A stretch of DNA of 64,000 nt, taken from contig CAVQUB010000013.1 in assembly GCA_963716725.1 (NCBI GenBank), positions 192,001 through 256,000 of the forward strand, in the 5' to 3' direction. This DNA is from an uncultured delta proteobacterium (lineage in GTDB: Bacteria > Myxococcota_A > Polyangia > Polyangiales > Polyangiaceae). A program made the translations under genes and the position numbers. This document shows, piece after piece, positions 20,287 to 29,722 of the stretch. The notes below the pieces were generated by a model, which was given only the letters and a program-made list of their open reading frames with translations, did no database searches and was not told the DNA's origin. Every line of letters begins with the position of its first letter. Positions within the stretch are counted from its first letter, which is position 1.

Positions 20287-21294
20287 CTAATCTGTCGGAG
20301 TTTCGTCGGAGTTTGCGGGGATAGAAACCCGGATCCGAGTGCCGACGCCAACTTCGCTCGAGATCTCGGGGCGCCCTCCGAGTCGCGCTAAGAGGCGGAA
20401 CGCGGCCACCAAGCTCGATCCCCATCCCAGCTGGGACGGGCCAGGGCGGCGAAATCCACCAGGATCAAGCAGCTGCTCGATCACGGTCGCCTCGACTCCC
20501 CGACTGGTGTCGTTGATGGAAATGACCAAGTCACCGTCAACGCCATCGAGCTCGATCGCGATGCTCCCGACCTCGGTGTGCACGGCGACGTGCGTGAGCA
20601 AACCGTCGATGACGCGGTCCAAGAGCAGAGCGTCACACCGAATCGCCTCGGGCGCACCAGACCCAACTCGAAGGTCGACACCGACCGGGCGACCTCGAAC
20701 GAGCGCGCTGGTCAGACGGCCCATGCGGGCCCCCAGTTCCTCGATGCCGATACGCTCCGTCTCCAGAGGTACTCCGGCGATCTCGAAGGTCGCGACCTTG
20801 CCCAGTGTGTCCAGCAGCACAGTGACGCGATCCACGCCCAGACCCACGTCGTCGAGCACCTCCGCTGACTCGTCGTCGATCAGCGCGCCCGAGTCCCGCA
20901 AGAAGCCGATGTTCGTCTTGATGACCGTCAGCGGGCTCCTTAGGTCGTGAGAAAGGGTTCGCACCACGCGAACCCAACGCTCGCGCGTCATCTCCATCCC
21001 GCGGGCAACGAGTTCGATGGGGTCGGATTCGTCGGAGCCTCCGTCCATCCGTCGAATCCACGCCTCGTCGCGTAGAGCGAGGGCGTAGACCTCACGTCGC
21101 ATCTGCGCATCAGCGTCGGAGTCGCGACGGAGCAACTCGCACGCGCCGCGGACGCAGCTCTCCAAAGCCCGAGCGTCGGATCCGGCGTCGGCCAAGATCT
21201 GATCCATCGCGGTTTCGCCGCACCGCTCGCGCACCAGCGCGAGGAGGGGCTCGATGGAGGCGAGCTTGTGATCGGAGGACACGGCGAGTTCCAA
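20287..21294 (-). CDS. Histidine-kinase-like protein with a degenerate ATPase domain
   Basis: H-box SHDLRSPL intact. N-box reads GLLTHVAVHT, G1 DTSRG, G2 GWGSSL. Confidence 0.75.
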   Translation of the reverse strand: MELAVSSDHKLASIEPLLALVRERCGETAMDQILADAGSDARALESCVRGACELLRRDSDADAQMRREVYALALRDEAWIRRMDGGSDESDPIELVARGMEMTRERWVRVVRTLSHDLRSPLTVIKTNIGFLRDSGALIDDESAEVLDDVGLGVDRVTVLLDTLGKVATFEIAGVPLETERIGIEELGARMGRLTSALVRGRPVGVDLRVGSGAPEAIRCDALLLDRVIDGLLTHVAVHTEVGSIAIELDGVDGDLVISINDTSRGVEATVIEQLLDPGGFRRPGPSQLGWGSSLVAAFRLLARLGGRPEISSEVGVGTRIRVSIPANSDETPTD

Positions 21295-21317
21295 TCAATG
21301 CGAGAACCGACCAGGAT

Positions 21318-22523
21318 TCAATCCCCGGGCCGTGGCCCGCCGACGATGCGATTTCTCCCAGAATCCTTGGCTCGATAGAGGCGCTCGTCCGCGCGACTCA
21401 TCAACGCAGCCCCGCTTCGTTCGCCGCCCTCCGAGAGCGACGCGCACCCACCGCTGACCGTCGCAGGCAGGGCGCGACCCTCGAAGCGCGCGCTGAGAGC
21501 CTCGATGCTGCTGCGAATGCGCTCTGCGACTCGCACCGCGCCCTTGAGGTCGGTGGCCCGCAACAGGACCACGAATTCTTCGCCGCCGTAGCGGGCAAAG
21601 ACGTCTTCGCTCCGAAGCTGGGCGGGAGTGACCTGAGCGACGTGGCGGATCACGGCGTCTCCAGCCGGGTGTCCCCAGGTGTCGTTGACTCGCTTGAAGT
21701 GATCGATGTCGAGCATGATCAAGCTCAGATCCGTCTGGTGGCGTAGCGCGTAGGCCAACTCTTCCCGTTGCCGCTCCTCGAAGTGGCGGCGGTTGTAGGC
21801 GCCGGTCAATGGGTCCCGCGTACTCGATTCGTGCAGCCGACGCAGCAGACTCTCGTGGAGGCCGTCCGTGACCGTGTAGCGAAAGCAGCTATGGGTTCCG
21901 AACTGGACGACGTCGCCATCTGCCAGCACTTCGTTTGTGACTCGATTCCCACGCAGCCATGTCCCGTTGCTGGAGCCCAGGTCTTCGATGGCATGGGCGT
22001 TGCCCAACCAGGTGATGCGTGCGTGAGCGCGGCTGACTCCACCGTCGGAAATCCGAACGTCACTCGACGCATGGCGCCCGACGGAGCGGGCTTCGACGCC
22101 CAGGGTCACCAAGCTGCCGGCGTCCACCCCGTCCAGTCGAATCAGCACGGTGCGCTCGGATTGAGGTCGCGGAAGCGGCGGCACACTCACCCGGGTGACG
22201 CGCTCTTCGTCGCTGTCGCGGAACAGGTCCACCGAGGGCATCGGCGCGCGTGGTCGGACCGCCGGCATCTCTGCGCGAGTGACCGCAGTCGATGACGCCG
22301 CGGGCATCGCCACTCGTGGGCGGACCGCCGGCATCGCCGAGCGAGTGACCGTGGTCGATGACGCCGCGGGCATCGCCACTCGTGGGCGGACCGCCGGCAT
22401 CTCCGGGCGAGTGACCGCGGTCGATGACGCCGGACGTGGCGCCGGCGGCACCAGCGCGCTGCGACCTCCGGGGTCGTCGGCGGCGCGCGGAGGATGCGCG
22501 CTCGCGCTTGGGCAGACAGCCAT
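21318..22523 (-). CDS. FHA-domain diguanylate cyclase (FHA-GGDEF)
   Basis: FHA motifs VGR, VSRAHA, DLGSSNGT; DPLTG..NRR, DIDHFK, RSED I-site, RYGGEEF. Confidence 0.93.
   Translation of the reverse strand: MAVCPSASAHPPRAADDPGGRSALVPPAPRPASSTAVTRPEMPAVRPRVAMPAASSTTVTRSAMPAVRPRVAMPAASSTAVTRAEMPAVRPRAPMPSVDLFRDSDEERVTRVSVPPLPRPQSERTVLIRLDGVDAGSLVTLGVEARSVGRHASSDVRISDGGVSRAHARITWLGNAHAIEDLGSSNGTWLRGNRVTNEVLADGDVVQFGTHSCFRYTVTDGLHESLLRRLHESSTRDPLTGAYNRRHFEERQREELAYALRHQTDLSLIMLDIDHFKRVNDTWGHPAGDAVIRHVAQVTPAQLRSEDVFARYGGEEFVVLLRATDLKGAVRVAERIRSSIEALSARFEGRALPATVSGGCASLSEGGERSGAALMSRADERLYRAKDSGRNRIVGGPRPGD
22236..22432 (-). repeat. Three imperfect 66-bp coding repeats (SSTAVTRxEMPAVRPRVAMPAA) in the FHA-GGDEF N-terminus
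   Basis: Anchor CGTGG(T/G)CGGACCGCCGGCATC recurs at 22249, 22315 and 22381 (period 66). Confidence 0.9.
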
Positions 22524-22625
22524 GACCAGGTGTACGGCTCGGCGAGCGGATCATTGAGCAACAAACTAGCTGCGCGTCCGTGCAGGTCCGCTGCCTGTTG
22601 CCTCCGGAAGCCGCGCGAGGTCAAT

Positions 22626-24073
22626 ATGACTTTCTATTGGAACCAGCACCCCGAGGCCAAGCGCAGGCCATCCCAGCCGCCGGTCGCCTAGGGAACATCC
22701 TCGTCGTCGAAGATGACGCCGCTGTTCGCAGGGCGGTGTGCCGGGCCTTGCAGGCGGGCGGGTTCACGGTGCGCGATTTCGACGCCGGCGCGGACGCGCT
22801 GGTCGCACTGGAGAAAGCGGCCGACGAGATCGACGTCCTGATATCCGATGTGCTGATGCCGGGACTCAGCGGATTCGAGTTGCTCACCGAAACCCAGGCG
22901 CGGTGGCGTGACATCCCCGTGTTGTTGATGACCGGCCAGGCGACGGTGTCCGCGGCCGTGGAGGCCATGCGGCTGGGCGCGTACGATTATCTGGTCAAGC
23001 CCGTCGACGCCCAGAACACCCTCATCCCCGCTGTCGCGCGCGCGATCGAACACAAGCGTCTGCTCGCGCGCAACCGATTTCTGGAGAGTCAACTCCAAGC
23101 CACACAACGCGCCCGGGGCATGGTCGGGGATTCGGCCGCGATGCGACAGGTCGGCTCACTCGTCTCCGCGGTCGCACCCGCTGACGTGACCGTGCTGGTA
23201 GAGGGAGAGAGCGGGACAGGAAAGGAGTTGGTCGCCCGCTCGTTGCACGAGCAGAGCGCTCGAAGCGGCAAGCCATTCGTCGACGTCAACTGTGCCGCGC
23301 TCACCGATTCTCTGCTCGAGAGCGAGCTGTTCGGACACCTGAAAGGGGCGTTTACCGGTGCTACGGCGAATCGCAAAGGACTCTTCGAGACCGCGTCGAG
23401 CGGAACCCTCTTCATGGACGAGGTAGGAGAGCTGTCTCCGGCGACGCAGGCTCGTCTGCTGCGGGTGCTCCAGGAGGGCACCGTTCGCCCGGTGGGCTCC
23501 ACCGAGTCTCGTCGGGTCGATGTGCGAGTCATCGCGGCAACGAATCGCGATCTTGCCAAAGAGGTCGAAGCCGGGCGCTTCCGCCAGGACCTGTACTATC
23601 GACTGAATGTGTTCAACATCGAGCTGCCGCCGCTCCGCGACCGGCGCGAGGACATTCCGATGTTGGTCGAGCACTTCCTCGGGAAGCACGGCCAGCGTCT
23701 CGGACGACGGATGCCGCAACTCGACACCGCCGCCCTCGACGCGCTGTGCGGCCACTCTTGGCCCGGGAACGTTCGCGAGCTCGAGAACACCATGGAGCGC
23801 GCCTTGGTGCTCTGTCGCGACGACGTCGTCACCATCGACCTGTTGCCTTCCGCATTCCGCAACTCAGGCGGCGGGAACGTTTCCGAGCCCACCGGTCTCC
23901 GACCGCTGGCCGCCGCGCGGGACGAGTTCATGCGAACCTACGTGGCGCGGGTGATGACGATGGCCGGAGGCAACGTCACCGAGGCTGCACGGCTCTCGGG
24001 AATGGACGCCTCCAACTTTCGGCGTCTCGTTCGCCGTATTCACGACGAAAAGAGCGTCGAGAGCTTCGATTGA
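22626..24073 (+). CDS. Sigma-54-dependent response regulator (REC-AAA+-HTH, NtrC/AtoC-like)
   Basis: VVEDD / SDVLMP REC; GESGTGKELVA, GAFTGA, WPGNVRELEN; HTH. Start uncertain: TTG 22637, or SD-preceded ATG 22626 with a 1-bp deletion in the T run at 22631-22633. Confidence 0.92.
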
Positions 24074-26443
24074 TCACCTCGCCTGAGCTCGCGCTCCCGA
24101 GTGGGCAGCCGCGGTTTGTTGAGCGACATCGCGGATCTGCTGACCGTCGAAGGGCTTGCCGAGCTGAATGTTCGGCACCGCCTCGAGGAACTCGCGGGCC
24201 TGCGTCGTGAACGCTCCGCCGGTCAAGAACACGATGCGTCCGAGGAACTCCGGGTGAGCATCGCGGACGCGTTGATAGACTTCGACGCCGGTCATGTCGG
24301 GCATCATGACGTCCAAAAAGATCACGTCGAAGTTCTCTGGCACCAGGAGTTCCAGGGCCTCCGCGCCGCTCGCAACCCAGCGCACCGCGTGCTGGCGGCC
24401 GAGACAGCGCGCTACTGCGCGCCCGATCAACGGCTCGTCGTCGACCACCAGCACCCGGAGAGCTTGCTGCATGGGCTTGAGCGGCGAAATGGTGGACGCG
24501 CGCACCGGTGGGCGCTGGGTCTGGGCCTCGACCAACTCGACGCGCACGGTCGTTCCCTGGCCGAACTCGCTGAGAATCGAGATGGTGCCACCAAACCCCT
24601 CCACGATATTGCGACATATCGCCAGTCCGAGCCCAACGCCGTGCCCCACCGGCTTCGTCGTGAAGAAGGGATCGAACACGCGATCGATGCTTGCCGGCGC
24701 GATCCCAGTACCCGTGTCCGTGACTTCGACCACGACTCGGCCTTCCTTCGCGTGAAGGTCGATCTCGATCCGGTTGTGCGCCGCGTCGCCTGCCTCGATG
24801 GCATCCGCCGCGTTGGTCAGCAGATTCAGGAACACCTGACCCAGTTGCGCTTCGGACCCCCGGGCTGACGGCACTGGAAAGAAGTTCTTCACCAGCCGTG
24901 CGCGGTGGCGGATCTGGTTTCGTACCATATTGATGGAGGCCGCCAGCACCCGCTCGACGTCCACCGGAGCGTCCAGCGCTTGCTCGGGTCGTGAGAAGGC
25001 CTGCAAGTCACCCACGACTGACTGGACCCGTCGCGTGCCCTGTCGAGCATCCAGCAGCGCCCCGCGGATCTCCCGCAGCTGCTCCCGGACAACCCCGAAC
25101 TCGAATGCGCGCGACGGCTCGCGATCCATTCGGGCGAGCGCCTCTTGTGCATCCCGCAGCGCGACGTCGACGTTGGCGCTGACAAACGCCAAGGGATTCT
25201 TGATCTCGTGCCCCAACGCCGTCGCCAGCAAGCCGGCGCTAGCCATGCGGTCGACCTCCATCATCCGCGCGGTAGTGGCGCGGTGCTCGCTCACGTCGCG
25301 TCCGAGCAACAAGGTCGCAGGTTTGCCGTCGTAAACCACGGAAAGCGAGCGGATTTCCAGGACGGCGTGGCTGCCGTCGGCGCGCAGGACACGCACGTCG
25401 TGGGGAGAATCACCGGGCGCCGCCGCAGCGCCCTCCGCGCCAACGTGCGCCCAATCGTCGTGATGGACCCATGACGCAAGCTCGCGCCCCAGCAGCTGCT
25501 CGGGACGCTCGTAGCCGAGCAGCTTCAGCGCCTCGCTGTTGACCCACTGGCACACGCCGGCCCGATGTACGACCACGCCATGGGGCAGAGCGTCTAGCAA
25601 TCGCCGATAGTCGACCTCTGAGCGACGCAAAGCGTCCTCGGTGCGCTTGCGCTCGGTGTTGTCGGATTGCATCACGATCACGCCCGCGAGCTCCGGCATC
25701 GGGTCGACCTGCAACACGAACCAGCGGTCCTCTCCGTCTATTCGTCGCTCGACCTCGAAGCGGACCGACGAGACGCGAGCCTCGAGCACCAAACGGATCC
25801 CAATCGCGAGCTCGCGCACCCTCTCGTCGTCGCACTGAGCGAGCGCAGGGATCACGCTGGCCTCCTGCCCGACGCGGATGATCGAGAGGGCATCATCCGC
25901 AGACTCGGCCAACGCGCACCAGGAACGGTTCGCCAGGAGCACGTTGCCCTCCGGTCCGAGCACCGCGAATCCGGGGTTGACCGATTGGAAGAGCCCTTCC
26001 AGGAACTTCACCCGGTGTTCCAAGAACTCCGCGAGCCACTTGCGGTCGAGCGCGCGTCGCGCGACGGCCTCGAGCTCGACCGCGTCGGTGGCCGCAGCCG
26101 GCAAGCACTCTTGAGCGCCGTCGCGCAGAGAGTCGAATACGCTGGCAGGCGCCAGGGCCGAGGTGAGCGCGATCAGCGCGGTGCGCGGCGAGCGCTGCCG
26201 AATCGCCGCGAGGCGCGTGGCGCCATCGTCCGTCGAGACGTCGACCGCAACGGCATCGAAGGGCGTCTCCCCCAGGGCGAGTAGAGCTTCGTCGAGCGTC
26301 GTCACCCGGCGGATGCCGGGAACCAGCCCGGCGTTTGCCGGCTCCGCTCCGGAGACCAGCAACAACCGGAGCCGGATCGAGGCGCGCTCGCCCTCGTTTT
26401 TCACCGTCTCGTGAGGCTCCACTGCTTCGGAAGGAACGGCCAC
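24074..26443 (-). CDS. Hybrid sensor histidine kinase (pseudo-REC-PAS-PAS-HisKA-HATPase-REC), paralog of 15908..18238
   Basis: HEIKNPL, NLLTNA, DTGTGI, FFTTKPVGHGVGLGL; C-terminal REC. Confidence 0.92.
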   Translation of the reverse strand: MAVPSEAVEPHETVKNEGERASIRLRLLLVSGAEPANAGLVPGIRRVTTLDEALLALGETPFDAVAVDVSTDDGATRLAAIRQRSPRTALIALTSALAPASVFDSLRDGAQECLPAAATDAVELEAVARRALDRKWLAEFLEHRVKFLEGLFQSVNPGFAVLGPEGNVLLANRSWCALAESADDALSIIRVGQEASVIPALAQCDDERVRELAIGIRLVLEARVSSVRFEVERRIDGEDRWFVLQVDPMPELAGVIVMQSDNTERKRTEDALRRSEVDYRRLLDALPHGVVVHRAGVCQWVNSEALKLLGYERPEQLLGRELASWVHHDDWAHVGAEGAAAAPGDSPHDVRVLRADGSHAVLEIRSLSVVYDGKPATLLLGRDVSEHRATTARMMEVDRMASAGLLATALGHEIKNPLAFVSANVDVALRDAQEALARMDREPSRAFEFGVVREQLREIRGALLDARQGTRRVQSVVGDLQAFSRPEQALDAPVDVERVLAASINMVRNQIRHRARLVKNFFPVPSARGSEAQLGQVFLNLLTNAADAIEAGDAAHNRIEIDLHAKEGRVVVEVTDTGTGIAPASIDRVFDPFFTTKPVGHGVGLGLAICRNIVEGFGGTISILSEFGQGTTVRVELVEAQTQRPPVRASTISPLKPMQQALRVLVVDDEPLIGRAVARCLGRQHAVRWVASGAEALELLVPENFDVIFLDVMMPDMTGVEVYQRVRDAHPEFLGRIVFLTGGAFTTQAREFLEAVPNIQLGKPFDGQQIRDVAQQTAAAHSGARAQAR

Positions 26444-26639
26444 AGGTCGGGAAAGTTTAGCTCATGTCGTCTGCTACGGGTACCCCTACACCTTGACCGA
26501 GAGTCGGTGAGCAGAACGCGGCCTTCGCGAGAGTCTGAGGCCGGAGCGGGGGGGAAGGGTGGCGGCGCTCGGCTCACCGACCAGAGCCAGCGCCGGGACG
26601 CGGCGGCTAGGGCGGGAGATCGGGGGCGGGGCTTCTCAA

Positions 26640-26970
26640 TGCACGTGTCGAGGCCAGCGAGAAGTGTCCACGTTGGGGCTGCTGCGAGTTGGTGTCGACG
26701 AAGGGCGCCAAGCTGTTCGGTGGTGGCGGTGATGGTGGCCACGAAGATGTCGCGCGTCACGTCACGCCGAAGGCGATTGCGCTGCTCGTCACTGCGCAGA
26801 GTCGCGCCGCGCCAGAGCGAGAGCAGGGTATGGGAGGTCGGCTTCCGCGAAGGCCGTGTCCAGGATCTGATGCGAGGTTTCGACGCCCCTGTGCCGACGC
26901 ACAGCGAGCAGCCCGTGCGCCTCCGTCAACCGAGAGCGCGGCAAGCTCGGAACGCGACGATTGCGGACTC
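26640..26970 (-). mobile_element. Degraded transposase remnant (ISAs1-like C-terminal part)
   Basis: Minus strand translates ...GLLAVRRHRGVETSHQILDTAFAEAD, resembling the ISAs1 R-x-H-W-x-I/V-E...H..LD..F.ED motif. It then shifts frame to TLLSLWRGATLRSDEQR...TATTEQLGALRRH. No intact ORF or clear terminal repeats. Confidence 0.55.
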
Positions 26971-27192
26971 CAGCCGCTCACCGCGCAGGCCACCCGCTCT
27001 CGCCTTGCGCGCTGCACCCTCGCACTCGCGAGTCCAGTTGGCGTGGCTGCCTTTCCCCGCGCAACGAGTCGGGCGCAAAGGGGGGAAGGGCCGCCCGACA
27101 CGCGTCGTGAAGCCCAACGGGGCGCAGGCCGCGCAGCGGCCGGGGCCGGACGAGGCTCACTGCTCACTCGGCCGAGCGGGGACGGGATGCCC

Positions 27193-28278
27193 CTACGCGA
27201 CCTGGGTGCGGGAATCGACGCGCGCCGCGTCGAGCGCCCGAGCCGCCCGCTCCACCCAGGTTCCCGAGAATTCGCCGGAGATCAGGCCCGCCGCGCCGAT
27301 GGCCAGGGGCGGCAATGCGAGCTGCAGGGCCGCCTCGCGGAGGCGCTCGGCGCGGGCCAGCACCCGGGTCTCGGCCGAGTCGACCACCACCACGGCGAAT
27401 TCCCCGGCAGCGGTACGCGCCACGAAATCGTCGGCTCGCAGGAACGTGCGCACCAACAGATCGCTGACCGCCCGCAAGTTCGTCACGTCACTCGCCACGC
27501 TCTCGACGTCGATCAGCACCAGAAAGGGCCTGCCCACACCAAACGCAGCGAGCTCGGCGGTGCGTTGCACGTGGTCGTCGAAGGCTCCGCGATCGAAGAG
27601 CTCGGTGACGGCGTCTCGACCTGCTTGCCGACGCGCGTCACACAGCTCCTTGCGAAGTAGCTTCACGCTCTCAGCGAGCTCGGAGATTTGCGCGGTTTCG
27701 CGCTCTCGGCGCTTCTCGATGGCTCCCTGAACCATTTCGGCGACGGCGCTCGCTTCGCGGCGGATGGCGTCGGAGTCGTTGCGCTGGAACGCCGTCACTA
27801 GCTCTCCGACGCGTGCGCCGATCTCTCGGTCCGCCGCTCGGTCCTCTGCCACGGCCCGCGCCAGCGTGCCAAGGCAGGCCTTGAGCGCCTCGCGGAAGTT
27901 ACCGGTGGCGTCCGTGACGTACTTGGCTTCGTGCTCGCGGTGATGGCGAAATGCGAGCCGGACCTCCCGGCAGCTTCGACCCCCACCGTCCGCAGCGTCA
28001 GCGGTCCCGCCCACGGTGATCTTCCGGGCGAGTTCGCCGAAGCGATCGCGGGTCGCCGCCCGCGGATGGATGTCAGTGTCGAAGGATCGCTCACCGAAAT
28101 CCGTCAGCACCGCCGCCAAAGTATCGAGCAATTCGTCGAATTCGGAGTCGCCCTCGCGCGCGCTGGGGTCCCCCGCAGCGCTTCGCGACGATCCTGGAGA
28201 GTGCCCGGAGGGGCACGACGCCGGGGACGCCCGAAGGACTGGCTCGCTGTGTTTCTTCGCCTCGGAGAACCAACGCAT
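27193..28278 (-). CDS. Degenerate GGDEF-domain protein with a helical/coiled-coil N-terminus
   Basis: DAVTELFDR...LIDV...RADDFVARTAAGEFAVV: active-site motif is AAGEF, RxxD I-site retained. Confidence 0.75.
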   Translation of the reverse strand: MRWFSEAKKHSEPVLRASPASCPSGHSPGSSRSAAGDPSAREGDSEFDELLDTLAAVLTDFGERSFDTDIHPRAATRDRFGELARKITVGGTADAADGGGRSCREVRLAFRHHREHEAKYVTDATGNFREALKACLGTLARAVAEDRAADREIGARVGELVTAFQRNDSDAIRREASAVAEMVQGAIEKRRERETAQISELAESVKLLRKELCDARRQAGRDAVTELFDRGAFDDHVQRTAELAAFGVGRPFLVLIDVESVASDVTNLRAVSDLLVRTFLRADDFVARTAAGEFAVVVVDSAETRVLARAERLREAALQLALPPLAIGAAGLISGEFSGTWVERAARALDAARVDSRTQVA

Positions 28279-28310
28279 TAGCTCCCCGAACGACCCGCCC
28301 AGCCAGGACT

Positions 28311-29264
28311 TTAGCGGGCTCGAGTCGTACGACTCCTGCCAGCGCGCTTGGAGGCATAGAGCGCGTCGTCGGCCGCTTTCAGCACGGCGGCGGCGGATCG
28401 GTCACCGTCGAGGGCGGCGATGCCCGCGCTGAAGCGCACGTGGTATAGAGTCTCGTCGCCGCCCAAGGTCAGGGGTGATTTCCCGAGAACTTGTCGCAAT
28501 CGGTCCAGCACTTGCTCGGCGCCCTCGACCCCCGTCCCCCGCAAGAGCACGGCAAATTCTTCGCCCCCAACCCGGAACGCTTGGTCCTCGACCCGCAAGG
28601 TCTGCTTCGTGATCTCGGTGAAGTGCCTCAGTACCTGGTCGCCCGCGTCGTGACCGAAGACGTCGTTCACGGTCTTGAAGTGGTCCAAATCGAGAAGCGC
28701 GAGCGCAGCCGGCAGCTCGTGTCGCTTGGCGTAGGCGTGCTCTGCCACGACGACGCTCTCGAATTGGCGCCGGTTCGACAGCCGCGTCAGCGGATCGCGG
28801 GTCGCGGCAGTTTCGGCGCGTTGCAGCTGCCACGCCCTCTCCAGCGAGGCCGATCGCTGCTGCGCCAGCTGACGCACGCGAGCCACCAGCACCGGGCCGC
28901 TGAAGGGCTTGTGCATGTGGGCGGCAGCCCCCGTCTCGATGCCCCGAAGCACTGCGAGCTCGTCGGTCGCGTGGGCGGTCAGCAAGATGACCGGGATCGA
29001 TGCCGTGCTCGGTTCGGCGCGGAGGGCGTCGAGGACCCCGAAGCCATCCCGATGGGGCATCATCACGTCGAGGATCACGACGGCGACTCGGTGGGCATGA
29101 GCGTTGACGCAGAGCAGCGCCGCTTCCCCGTCGCCCGCTTCGATGACGCTCATGCCCGCGCTCTGTACCCAGCGGCAGACGAGGGTGCGTACGGCGCGAT
29201 CGTCGTCCGCGACCACCACCGTATCCGGGGTCGCCGGCGCGCGGGAGCTGGGCGCCGCATCCAT
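28311..29264 (-). CDS. Response regulator diguanylate cyclase (REC-GGDEF)
   Basis: VADDD / LDVMMP / HKPF REC; DLDHFK, RVED I-site, GGEEF. Confidence 0.93.
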   Translation of the reverse strand: MDAAPSSRAPATPDTVVVADDDRAVRTLVCRWVQSAGMSVIEAGDGEAALLCVNAHAHRVAVVILDVMMPHRDGFGVLDALRAEPSTASIPVILLTAHATDELAVLRGIETGAAAHMHKPFSGPVLVARVRQLAQQRSASLERAWQLQRAETAATRDPLTRLSNRRQFESVVVAEHAYAKRHELPAALALLDLDHFKTVNDVFGHDAGDQVLRHFTEITKQTLRVEDQAFRVGGEEFAVLLRGTGVEGAEQVLDRLRQVLGKSPLTLGGDETLYHVRFSAGIAALDGDRSAAAVLKAADDALYASKRAGRSRTTRAR

Positions 29265-29353
29265 TCGAGGACCATCCTAGCCCAGAGGGCGTCAGCCTTC
29301 GAGAAAACCGCCCAACGGGCTTCACGGGCGCCCGGACGCGCCCCGCGTCGGCA

Positions 29354-29722
29354 TCACCCCCGCCCTTGGCGCGCAGCCCGAGCGTCATCGAAGTCGGCTT
29401 TGGCGATGGTGAGATCCTCGAGCAGCTCGAGCAGCACCGCCTCGAGCCCGCGATTGCCAAGGCGCGCCAGTGCTGCGCCAAGCGGGACCGGCTCTCGGGA
29501 CGCTCTCTGCACGCACCGTGCTTGGAGCACCGGGATGGCAGAGATCAGGCGCTCGAGGGTCGCCGTGCCCGCGAGGGGGTCGTCGAGAGCGCGCAACAAG
29601 ACGACCAGATCGGTCGTGAGTCCCAAATGCTCTGGACCTACTCGAGTCGGATCGGAACGCCGCACGGGGCCCTTCAATGCGAATGCCGATCCGCCGGCTG
29701 GCGTCCGGGCGGCTCGCTCCAC
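29354..29722 (-). CDS. Small protein resembling the N-terminal half of an HDOD domain
   Basis: LRALDDP....LERLI...PVLQARC...LGAALARLGNRGL pattern. Start uncertain. Confidence 0.5.
   Translation of the reverse strand: MERAARTPAGGSAFALKGPVRRSDPTRVGPEHLGLTTDLVVLLRALDDPLAGTATLERLISAIPVLQARCVQRASREPVPLGAALARLGNRGLEAVLLELLEDLTIAKADFDDARAARQGRG

Noticed and set aside
22236..22432. CRISPR-like regularly spaced repeats
   Set aside because: Whole 66-bp units repeat in frame inside a CDS; there are no unique spacers and no cas genes.
26411..27730. 439-aa and 323-aa plus-strand ORFs over the intergenic gap
   Set aside because: Arg/Ala-rich with no motifs; they overlap the transposase remnant and the GGDEF-like gene on the opposite strand.
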